64,000 nucleotides of DNA. Origin: Parasitella parasitica NRRL 2501. Taxonomy: Eukaryota; Fungi; Mucoromycota. Within the stretch, counting starts at the first letter, position 1, and every line of letters starts with the position of its first letter. The notes under the pieces are model-generated. The model ran no database searches and had not been told where the DNA came from. It saw nothing but the letters and a program-made list of their open reading frames with translations. The stretch spans positions 2,777 to 66,776 of the forward strand of contig MU619394.1 in NCBI GenBank assembly GCA_025201805.1, written 5' to 3'. Made by a program: the position numbers and the translations under genes. Of the stretch, positions 37,052 to 48,218 are shown piece by piece.

Positions 37052-37531
37052 CAGTAGCCGCTCGATTTAAGGCTGTTCGATATAAGGCTATTCACGATAT
37101 AAGGCTAAAATTTTTGTGAATTTTTTTTTTAAGCAGGGAGTTAGCCTTATTAGCCTTATTCGATATAAGGCTGAAAAATTTCGAAATTTTAGCCTTATTT
37201 TACAGTAAATTGACGGTATTTAAATTTGTGTTGTGTTGGAAACTGAGCATTATGCTACAGATTTCGTACTTTTGCTCGATAGTGAGACGCTCTCTTGATT
37301 GTTGATTAATGCTCATAGTATAATTGTTTGTCAAAATATGCTTTTTTAAGAATAAAGAAGTAAATGGATTTGACTGGACATGTGTCAAATTAATCTAATA
37401 GCTGTAGTACCGTATCAACTATGCCGGTGACTGTTTTAAGAGTAATAGTCACATGCACGATATAAGGCTATGTTCGATATAAGGCTAAAAAAAGCTTGCA
37501 AAAAAAGTAGCCTTAAATCGAGCGGCTACTG
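37052..37531 (-). mobile_element. 480-bp pogo/Tigger-type non-autonomous DNA transposon (MITE)
   Basis: Perfect 23-bp TIRs CAGTAGCCGCTCGATTTAAGGCT (37052-37074 and 37509-37531), TA on both flanks, five CGATATAAGGCT internal repeats and a CENP-B-like HTH remnant MSINQQSRERLTIEQKYEIC. Confidence 0.93.
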
Positions 37532-39297
37532 TACTTGTTTTTGTGTTTGAGATCGTTAAACATTGTTCTCTTACAGTTTTTGTCTTTTTTCTGACAATAG
37601 CACCCTGAAGTTTGCGTAGACCAAAAAAAAAAAAAAAGAAAAAACGGGCGCCCAAAATCTACGCTGTATGAATGGGTGGTGATTTACCCTGGTGGCAGAT
37701 TGTTTCATTTTCTCCGGCATTTTCTTATACCCTCAGTTGATCTGGCATCTTCTAGTCTAGAAGGTCTTGTCAGACAAGTCCCAAGCTGGGTTCTGTATAT
37801 CCAGTTGCACAATAGAACAGCTAGTCAAACCTGTGTCATCTTTTCCATAACGCTGGAATGTTTCAAAAGTGTATGTCTTTGTGAAGCCAAAAAATTATCT
37901 GTGTAGAAATTTAGGACATAAATGTGTTCATCTCGACCTTGCCCATTCCTCCTCGAACGGTTTCAAAGACCGTTTAAAGCAGCAATAGTCTTCAAGTTGT
38001 AAAAAATTCATGGATTGTGTTTATCAAAGCACGATTAACTTAACTTCGTCAATGACAATCGTTCATGTTGTACTTTTTCTTTCTTTCAAGTTTCATAATA
38101 GCTTCCAACCTCCAATTTTTACCAGAAAGCTTATTGCATATATGGTTGTACTGAGGAGATTGTTAATTCACTAATCGTCTCCAAATGTTAATGAAGGCAC
38201 AAAATCTCTATAGTTGAGAAATCGCTTCCGCTACAACAACGATTACACAAGAAAATAAAAATCAATAAAGCTGGAATTATACTGATAATGTATCCAGGTA
38301 CAACCTCCTGGGATCAAATTTTAACTTGATATAGATTTCTAATAACGTTAGTCTTGTAATATTCGTTAGCAGACAGGTTGATGCAGAAAGTTCACTGAAA
38401 GGTCAACATCAACACGAGCCTTCGTGACCGCTGCTACATCCCAACCCATCCCCCCGCACAAACGTGTTTCAAAAAAGATCAGTTTATACTTGATTCTTTT
38501 TACTTTTAAAGTATATTACAAAATATGGCGGTGGCACCTAATACACCTAGATTTGTCTTACTAGGATGGTAAGAATTTACAAATGAGACAATTAAGCCAA
38601 ACACTCATTTTTGTTACATGTGTAGGACAACCGTTGCTGTTTGTAAGATTTGATACTCATAATTTAATATTAAACTAATCTAAACTGTGTATAATTGTAT
38701 GCAGCTGCTTTAGTTGCTTACACAGTTGGTAAAGAATACACACTAACCCGTCTAAAAAATTATACCAAAGACAACTCTGTCACTTCGAGTGGAGGTCATG
38801 AGATTCAAGAAGCACCCAAGGAAGGCGAGCCTTTACGTCGTTCTGTTAACAGAAGACTCTGAATAATAAAATTGACAGAAAATTACCTATTTATAGCATA
38901 AATTTACTCCTGCATCTACACAATAATGTAGTTTTTTGCCTGCAACATTTCATCGGTCGACTGGATATTAGACATACTGATACATGAGCAAGAACATCCG
39001 TTGAAACAATCATGCAAATAATTGTAATTACATACATTTACGCTAAATGAGCCAGGTCTTTCTTCTTTTTTAAATCAAAAACGTGGTATCACATTTCGTA
39101 TAACCCGTCTAAAAAATAGCTTCTAAAATATTTTGTCTCCTCAATCCAACATATATAAAGAAGTCTACCACACCTTCATCCCCTATCATTATAGACAAAG
39201 ATTTCTATTTAAAAAAAAGACAAGCAGCATTTTTCATTTATCCTCTTTTTCCTGTTCTTCTTCATATTCTCCCTTGTTACGTCGTTCTTATTTCAAC

Positions 39298-40512
39298 ATG
39301 TGGAAAAAGATAATACTGTTAATATCAACCTCTGTCGCTTTAGTCTCATCTGTACCAGCATCCAATGCGAAACCAATTCATTTGCAGTTACAAAACACTA
39401 AACACGCATTATCACTCGGGAAAAGATCATTGCGACACAGCGAAATACCGCTTATCAACGACCTTGATCTTGGTGAAGTAGCCGTAAAAGTTCAAATCGG
39501 CACGCCGGCTCAAGAATTCCTGCTACTATTTGATACAGGCAGTTCTGATACTTGGGTTCCTTCGCAACAATGTACCACCAAAACTGGATGTCCAGATTTT
39601 CTTAAACACTATGACAGTAAAGCTTCCAGCAGCTATCGTGCATTAGACAATGACAAATTGAGCATCGCTTATGGCATTGGCAGCGCTGATGGCCATTACT
39701 TTGAAGACGTTGTGTCATTTGGAGGTGATTACACTAACAAGAAGCAAATCTTGGCATCTGTCGATGAAGCTGTCGGATCCATCTCGCATCAAGATAAATC
39801 AAGTGATGTAGATCATGTGTTCTTGGACGGCATATTTGGTGCAGGATTACCTGGAGGCACAGTGCGTGCTTTACAAGGTGGAGAAGAATATGATCCATTA
39901 ATCGTTGCATTGTATAAATCCAAAACTATCCCTAATCCAGTCTTCTCTGTATATATTGCACAAGATGATGCAGAAGGCAATGTTATTTTAGGTGATGTCC
40001 ATCCTGGCTATGACTTCATTTACACGCCTGCTATAGGAGCTCGATGGTCTGCTCAAATCACTGAATTCCAGCTCCAAGCATCAAAGAACACTACAAACTT
40101 TAAATTTAGTCAAAAGACATTGTTTGGCATTGACACGGGATCTAATTTTATGTATCTTCCTGTCCCTTTGGCTACAGGTTTAGCTAAAAGTATTACCCAA
40201 GAAAAAAATTTAATACAAGAAAAATCAGGCGTCTACGTTGTGGATTGCCAGCTCCAGGATAGCTTGGACTTTGTCAACATCTTTTTCCCTTCAAGTGATT
40301 TTCCTGGAAAAAGTATTTATATCTCAATACCTGTCAAGGAACTAGTATCCAAACGTGAAGAAGATGGTCAGTGCTTATTGCTTTTCATACCTTCAAGTGA
40401 CAAGTTCATCTTGGGAAATATGTTCCTTCGACACTTTATTACAGTCTTTGACTTTGGCGGTAAGGCTCCCCGGATCGGATTTGCTCCTGTGAAGCATCAA
40501 GTGAATTCTTGA
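39298..40512 (+). CDS. Secreted pepsin-like aspartic protease (A1; rhizopuspepsin/mucorpepsin-like)
   Basis: Signal peptide MWKKIILLISTSVALVSS, two catalytic motifs LLFDTGSSDTWV and GIDTGSN, and ILGNMFLR. No introns. Confidence 0.95.
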   Translation: MWKKIILLISTSVALVSSVPASNAKPIHLQLQNTKHALSLGKRSLRHSEIPLINDLDLGEVAVKVQIGTPAQEFLLLFDTGSSDTWVPSQQCTTKTGCPDFLKHYDSKASSSYRALDNDKLSIAYGIGSADGHYFEDVVSFGGDYTNKKQILASVDEAVGSISHQDKSSDVDHVFLDGIFGAGLPGGTVRALQGGEEYDPLIVALYKSKTIPNPVFSVYIAQDDAEGNVILGDVHPGYDFIYTPAIGARWSAQITEFQLQASKNTTNFKFSQKTLFGIDTGSNFMYLPVPLATGLAKSITQEKNLIQEKSGVYVVDCQLQDSLDFVNIFFPSSDFPGKSIYISIPVKELVSKREEDGQCLLLFIPSSDKFILGNMFLRHFITVFDFGGKAPRIGFAPVKHQVNS

Positions 40513-40592
40513 ACGAATATGTAATAATAATATAGGAGAGGTCAAAATAAAACTGCTCATCATTCTTATACATTTTTATTTAACTGTTTTTT

Positions 40593-41750
40593 TTAAGGAT
40601 TAATAAAAGGACTTTGTGAGGCATTAGTATTTACTGGAGTGGTAAAAGTAGTATTATCATTATTAGTTGAGGAAGAGGCAGATGCGCTATTTTCGTTTAT
40701 CATAACTACAGGTACTTGCTCTTTAGCTTTGAGTCGTATAGCTTCAAGTAACGAGTCTATTAAAACATTGTTATGAGTAGAAGGCTCACTGATTAACATG
40801 CGCTGAGCTTGTTGGGCTAAAGTACTATTAAGCATGGAAGAAGATTGAGATAGCAATGTATTGATGCTTTCAATTTCAGCTTGAAGTTGATCTCTTCTCG
40901 TAGAAAGAGCCCTACAAAACTTTGCTGGTTCCAATAATAGCATACTTGTCAATGCAGCTGTCGTCGATGCAGTTGTTGTGCTAATATTATCCGTGGATAA
41001 CGACGATGAAGAAGAAAACGCGGCTGACAATAATTCAGTTAAACTGCCTACGCTACATGGGTCTTTTCTGTTGCATTGTTCTTGCTCGTCTTCTTCTTGT
41101 TGAATCAGCGAAGTCATAAAAGATCGAAGATTTGGCAATGATTCAGTAGTAGGCGGTAATGTTGAATTATGGATGGGTGATAGTTGGAATGAAGACCGAC
41201 GTCTTTCTGTTGGTAAAGCAGGGATATCAAGCGGTTGCGTAGCTTCCACGGAAACCGTAGAAGACATACTATGGTTACTATGGGCACTATGGTTGCTATG
41301 GCTGCTATCTCTTCTAGTAAACGGATCATAATGTTGATCTTGATAGGCAAAACTGAAAGATGGTCTTTGATTAGTTGAAAAAGAAGATGGTAATGGCTGA
41401 TTTTCTTGTTGCGTATATTTTTTTGCCATGTGAACTCTTTTACGTCTATGAATAACCGTTCTTTTCATTGAAAGAGGACGATGCACGTTATGTAATTTAT
41501 AATAAAGCCCACAAGCATTACATATATTGTTGCCCTCATCATCACGTCTCCATAATGGAGTGGTTGTTGTATCGCAATTGAAGCATCTTGTATTTTTATT
41601 TATCTTACAATCTTGACAATCTTCGTTGGGATGATGGTGGTGATGATTGTTTTGGTTGGAGGATACTGACGGGTGCTGTTGTTGTGGTTGTGATCTAAGC
41701 CAATGTTGTTGTGATGAAGAAGAAGGATTTTGATTAGCTGCATTAAACAT
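40593..41750 (-). CDS. GATA-type zinc-finger transcription factor
   Basis: [41 protein letters not shown] (C-X2-C-X17-C-X2-C). Confidence 0.95.
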   Translation of the reverse strand: MFNAANQNPSSSSQQHWLRSQPQQQHPSVSSNQNNHHHHHPNEDCQDCKINKNTRCFNCDTTTTPLWRRDDEGNNICNACGLYYKLHNVHRPLSMKRTVIHRRKRVHMAKKYTQQENQPLPSSFSTNQRPSFSFAYQDQHYDPFTRRDSSHSNHSAHSNHSMSSTVSVEATQPLDIPALPTERRRSSFQLSPIHNSTLPPTTESLPNLRSFMTSLIQQEEDEQEQCNRKDPCSVGSLTELLSAAFSSSSSLSTDNISTTTASTTAALTSMLLLEPAKFCRALSTRRDQLQAEIESINTLLSQSSSMLNSTLAQQAQRMLISEPSTHNNVLIDSLLEAIRLKAKEQVPVVMINENSASASSSTNNDNTTFTTPVNTNASQSPFINP

Positions 41751-42300
41751 TTCTTCGAGTAATTATTAGAGCAAAAGAGAGGGAGGGAAATAGGTATATA
41801 AACAAATGGTAATATAATCAACAGGTTTTCGTACCTTTTAATTTTTGTATTTCCCAAATACAGAGTTGGAGATAAGATACGAAATTTTTAATGACCTTTA
41901 TAATTCGTTGACAGATAACAAATTGATATCCCAGCTTAAATAGGGCATAGTTGTAGGTAGCGTCTTGTGAAATATATACATGTTCCTTGATCTACCCTTT
42001 CATCAGATCAATATTTATAGTACATGCACCAAATAAGTTTTCTCAGTCATATATATCTCGCAAAATACATACTCCCATTGTTTGTATCTATTTCTTTTAT
42101 TTTAGGTAATATCAAGTGCTACCTTGTTGTGTTTATATGTATTTCAGAGAGATAATCTACCGTGGGATTTTATTTACTATTTGAAGCCGCTTAAAAATAT
42201 ACAACGAGGACGGTTAAAATGCTTTACCATCGATGAAAGATAAGAAGAAAATGCGAAACACATTAGGTTTCCTCTTTTTTTCACTGCAACCCACAACATT

Positions 42301-44057
42301 ATGTTATTTACTAGCAGGATTATTGCGCTAGCAGCATGCTTTTTTATTGCTTCTAATCCTGTCAACAGTTTGAAATACTCACCTCAAGTTGCATTACAAA
42401 ATGCTCGTTACGAAAGTCAAGGATTTCGTATTTTAAGCAGTGAAAAAATCGACAATTATTCTGTTAGAATAAAGCAGCCAAAATCTTGTGAACCTGGAGT
42501 TCAGGTAAATAAAAATGATGTTTTGGCTTAGTTATTATCCTAAACTCGATTTTTAACTTAAATATATAATAGTATTCTGGGTATATTGACAAGCATGATA
42601 CCAATGACCATTTCTTTTTTTACTTTTTCGAGTCAAGAACTGATCCTGAAAACGACCCTACTGTGCTTTGGCTGAATGGTGGTCCTGGATGCTCCTCGAT
42701 GATGGGGTTATGGATGGAATTAGGGTAATATTTGTCTCAAGGGAATATGCACTACATAAACTAACGATGTTGCATGTGATAGACCTTGTCAAGTAAATGA
42801 GTTTGGCAATGATACCAACAGAAACGCTTACAGCTGGAATACTGCCGCCAACGTTGTATTTTTAGACCAGGTATAAGAAAGACACTCCATATTTATAGTG
42901 AATATTATTTAATACATCAAAAAAATAGCCTGTGAATGTAGGTTACAGTTATGGTGATACCAAAGTTCGAAGCACTGAGGAATCCGCTCGGGATGTTTAT
43001 GCATTTTTACAACTTTTTTTTGCCGAATATTCCCAATATGCCAATAATCCTTTCCATATTTCGGGTGAATCCTACGGTGGCCATTACTTGCCTGCCATTT
43101 CTACTGAAATCATTCGCAACAACAAGATTGCCAGAGAGAAGAACTTATTAGAAATCAACTACCAGTCGTTATTGATTGGTAATGGATGGACTGATCCTCG
43201 CACACAATTCAAAGAATATGCTACTTATGGCTGTTCCAATGACAGTAGTCCTTACAAGCCTTTGTTTGATCAAAAGACCTGCGATAAGATGACGAACTCT
43301 TATTCCCATTGCCGTAAATTGCTAGATGCTTGCTATAAAATGCCAAACGCTATAACTTGTGTACCCGCCAATTTCTACTGTGAGAAATCGCAAACTGGTG
43401 CGTTTGATGAGACTGGTTTGAATCCCTATGATATCCGTAAAAAGTGCGAGGGAGATTCTGGATTATGTTACGACCTGATCGAATCTATTGAAGTGTATGC
43501 CAATAGAGAAGATGTTAGATCAGCATTAGGTGTGGATGAAAAGGCAGGAAAATATGCAGGATGTAGTGATTCAGTTGGGTACAGGTTTTATCAAACTGGT
43601 GATGGGTAACTATATACAATTTGATGTAATTCCTTGTATATAATGAATTTACGAAAATATACGTATATTAGTTCAAAAGATTATAGCGGACATGTTGCGG
43701 AGACGCTGGAAGCTGGTGTCCGTGTTCTGCTTTATGTAGGCGATATGGATTGGATTTGTAACTGGGTTGGTAACTTGGCTTGGAGTTTGGATATGGAGTG
43801 GTCTGGAAAACAAGGATATAATAATGCTCCAAAAGAAAAGTGGTATAGCGATTTCACTGGTACTCAAGCTGGTGATGTTCGCGAATTCAGCAATTTGACC
43901 TTTTTGAGAATCTTTAATGCTGGACACATGGTAAAAAAAAAGCTATCCCTAAAAAAAATCTTATTAACATAGAACACTATAGGTTCCTTACGATCAGCCG
44001 GAAAATGCATTGGATTTCTTTGACAAATGGCTCAATAACATTTCTTTAATAAATTAA
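42301..44057 (+). CDS. Serine carboxypeptidase (S10, carboxypeptidase Y-like), multi-exon
   Basis: [39 protein letters not shown] and NAGHMVPYDQP. Confidence 0.95.
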
Positions 44058-45769
44058 ACGAATCCGTGTTGTTATTGGTTTGTTCACCATCATCTTTGAA
44101 ACGTTTTAGGTATTGTGAACTGAAAAGCAACACTCTAGTGTATATTAGCGTAATTAAACATTACTTTTGAAAGCAATTTAGATTACAACTATTTTTTTCA
44201 ATCGTTATTAAATGAAAATGAAAACTGTTTTTGCTCATAACTTTTGAAAGGCACATCGCCCAGTAGAAAGCAAGTTATGCTCAGATAGCTCTGATCATTC
44301 CTGTTTAATTAGGCTTAATTCAGCCTTCTTTTTGCTGTGTATTAAAAAGTAAATGCTTTTACGGTATTCGTGGTTTTCAACTGATAAAAGTTATACCTAT
44401 CGATTTTATTTTATTTTTCATTTATAGAAATACTTTTATTAGATAGCACTGGTTATATCAAAGTTATCTCGTAGATCTCTTATTCAAGGTCTCATTCTCC
44501 TTAGTACTGGTATCTAAGGTAAATCATGGATAATCCTGATTTGCAACATTCCACAATAGTAAAGTTCTGTATGTTCTAGTTCACATTATGCTACCACCAT
44601 CATAATGACATTGTGCATTATTGCATTTATAGGGTGTATGCGTAAAAAAGTGTACTTCTTTGGCAGATTTACTTTATACTGAAATTTGGCAGAACAGTGC
44701 TATATTTACCAAGTTAGATCTTGGTCCTATGGTTTACTTGACAGAAGTTATGATGACCAAATGTCTATTAATGTCTGTTAATTATGAAAAAATATAAGCT
44801 GTTGTTGTACATAATTTGTTCTTCATCTACAGCAGCAGCTATTGTTGAATACCTAATTCCATCAGCACAATTCAGGCTTGATATTTCTGTTAAGGCTATT
44901 GATAATAAGTTACAGCTGGACGATTCAATATGATTTTTCGCTCCTGTCTAGTAAAAAAAGATGAAATAATGATTTTTTTTTATATTTCACATGCTGCGAT
45001 TATTACATACAAAATGATTGATATTCGAAAAGGAAGGCGCGTTCATTATTAGAAGGAGTAATAGGAGCCTTGTGCCTACACTTATATACAAAGTCTTGAA
45101 GAGTGTTTCGGATGGAACGAAGCAAATATCTTTCTTGATAATTTGCAGCAACGGATATTTTTCCAAAGTCAAAGTCTTCTAATTCATCCATGTTTTTGCA
45201 ATTTAGAGCCAAACGAAGGATACGCAAAGAATTTGAAAAATTTTGGTGGCAATTAATGCATCAGAACCATTGTTTACTGAAATAGCAAAATCCTTGAAAA
45301 CGAAAGGTGTACAGTGGCAACAATATTCAAGGAAACAAAAAGCAAGGAAAGACAAAAGATAATAATTGGTGGTGAAAGCGTTTTTCATAGCCGATTACTA
45401 CAGGTGGTGTACAACAGTTACTAATGCCCACTTTGACCATAATCCAAACAGAGATATTGTTATGCTTCCTGAATTCCTTTACAGTTGCAGAAAGCGGGTT
45501 GTAAGGATTGATATGAATTTAAAAGCTGTTTTTTGTACATAACTTTACTAGAAATATTACGACAATATGTTTTGTTCATGATGAAACAAATCAAAATTTG
45601 GGTTGTCAAAGTCTATTTTTTAACTTTTAAAACATATTAAGAGATCTATAATATACGCTCTACGACAATTACCACAAGATTGAGGGTCATCCTCCGATCC
45701 TACAGAATTAATAATGCCATCTAATTTTTTTTTCATTAGATATTTCTTTTCTCTGTTTTCTCCAAAATA

Positions 45770-47440
45770 ATGGCTGCCGAGGATATTGTGAATATATATG
45801 GTGATAACAAAAGAGATCCAACAAAATTCATCAGCAAGCACTCGGGCGCTTTTTATAATGGCCATAAAGTCATAAATGATCCTATCCATGTATGTGTGGA
45901 ATAATATCCCCCCTATAATATATTTGCATGCTAATAATTGTATCTGTTACAGGGACATATCACCTTGGATGATTATACAGTAAATTTCATCGATACACCT
46001 CAGTTTCAAAGATTGAGAGACCTCAAACAAGTAGGCAGCAATACTTTTTGTTTATTTTGCGATCTAACCATGTATTCCACAATTAAAGCTTGGTGTCCTT
46101 TACTTTATTTTTCCAGGAGCAAGTCATAATCGATTTGAACATTCTGTTGGTAATTGTTAAACACACTGATAGTGTAGACTATTATTGTGAATCTGATGAG
46201 TTTCTGTGATAGGTGTATCCCACTTATCTGGCACCCTTGTTGAGAGATTCGCGAGAGAACAACCAGAATTGGGCATATCCCAAGATGAAATTAAATGTGT
46301 CAAATTAGCTGGGTAAAGATTTTTTTGTATTTGGATGTAACAGCAGAATTAACATGGTTGCATAATAGATTATGTCATGATTTAGGTCATGGACCTTTTA
46401 GTCATGTTTTTGACAATTCATTTATGCCTCATGCTAGACCCGGTCTGGAATGGTCTCATGAGCAAGCCTCCGAAATGATGTTGGAGTATCTTGTTGACGA
46501 TAACAACATTGACTTGGAAAAAACAGACATGGACTTTATTAAGGATCTAATTGCTGGAGAATCTAGATCAGCCAACAAATATTCGGAACGTAAATTTTTG
46601 TTTGATATTGTTGCCAACAAGAAAAACAGCGTTGATGTGGACAAGTTTGATTATATTGAGAGAGACACTTACAATATGGGACTTCGTAGTTCTTATGATG
46701 CCAAACGTCCTTTGGTATATAGCCGAGTGGTCAATAATGAAATATGTTACCATCACAAAGAAGTTTACAACATGTACGAAATGTTCCATACACGATACAG
46801 CTTGTTTAAGCAGATTTACAACCATCGTGTGGGTAAATGTATCGAATTGATGATTGTAGACACTTTATTATTAGCAGACAAGTACTTGAAGATTTCTGAT
46901 AGTGTGGACAAACCAGAAGATTATTTGTATTTGACGGACGATGTCCTTCGCACCATTGAAAGATCCAAATGTCCTGAATTGCAAGAAGCTCGAAAAATCA
47001 TTCACAACATTCGAACCCGTAAGCTATACAAATTTGTAGACGAATTTTTAATTCCTCCTGAGAAGGAATCTTATTTGAACAAAAACACCGTAACGTCCCA
47101 GGAGATCGTCAATTACCAAGCCGATAATGCTGGCCTGGTCCCAGAGGATGTTATTGTCCAGTTTTCCAAGATTAATTATGCCATGAATGAAAAAAATCCT
47201 GTCGACTCGATCCGATTTTTTTCTAAGTTTAATGACCAAGGTACAGCATAGCTTGCGTGTGTTAGTATGTACATATTACTAATCTCTGCTTCAGAATCAT
47301 TTAAGATTCCTCAAGAAAAAGTTTCGTACATGATTCCTACCAAGTTTCAGGATATAAACATTCGGATTTTCACAAGAAATCCCAGCAAAACTCATGCAAT
47401 TCAAAAGGCTTTCCGTAGATATCTTGAAAAGATCAAATAA
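45770..47440 (+). CDS. SAMHD1-like HD-domain dNTP triphosphohydrolase, multi-exon
   Basis: INDPIHGHI, IDTPQFQRLRDLKQLG, FPGASHNRFEHSVG, LCHDLGHGPFSHVFD and DVDKFDYIERD. Confidence 0.92.
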
Positions 47441-47834
47441 TATAATATACACTCTTATATATTTAACTAATTACATTTAAAGTATCTATAATTTGACACT
47501 ACATAAGAACTTTGAATGTATACATACCGGTAGATGCTCAATTTTTAATTGCTACATTGACCTAAGTTTTACAAGTGCGGGCCAAAGGAAAAGAGAAATC
47601 AAAACAGACAATTAACAGTTCTTACGATTTTAAACACTTAGTTGTGCAAAACGGTATATTTAAGTAGATTGAATTATGCATGCTATAATAATACCAAGTA
47701 ATACATAAAAAGGGTAGTAAAAAGGGGGATATGTTTATAAATAAAGGTATGTATATAAAGTGGTTGAATCGAGAAAGAAATTGGCTTGAGGGAATACATA
47801 AAAGACTATTTTTTTTTATACAATTAGTATTTTT

Positions 47835-48170
47835 CTAGAGGTGAATCATGTCATTTTGATCAAAGTTTTCAACAGCTGATTTCATATAAGCCTCAGCATC
47901 TGACGGATTAAAGCTTTTTCGTTTACTAGAGACGGTGGTAGGTCCATTCTGTGATAGTAACATTTGAATCCAACCTTTGGCTAATTTGAATACTTTAGAC
48001 GAGCCTTTGATTTTCGAATATCTCAGAGCAACAATCTGCAAAGGGGTTCCATCATCATTGTATTTTGAAGAAGGCACAGAGAATAAATCAATGGATAGCA
48101 TGGCATATCCATCAGGGTCCTCGGTTGTGTCTGTTTCTGTAGTTGACTCTACTTGCGAGTTCTGTTGCTC

Positions 48171-48218
<48 letters not shown>

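Noticed and set aside
37900-38070. Possible PIF1/Helitron helicase remnant (IVIDEV...KPF on the minus strand)
   Set aside because: Only two tiny motif-like words amid stops and frameshifts; no Walker A or GDxxQLPP found.
41860-42250. GATA-site cluster suggesting autoregulation of the GATA factor
   Set aside because: A handful of GATA(A) words is expected by chance in DNA this AT-rich.
44900-45520. Short minus-strand ORFs suggesting a decayed gene
   Set aside because: No motif could be assigned and the frames are broken.
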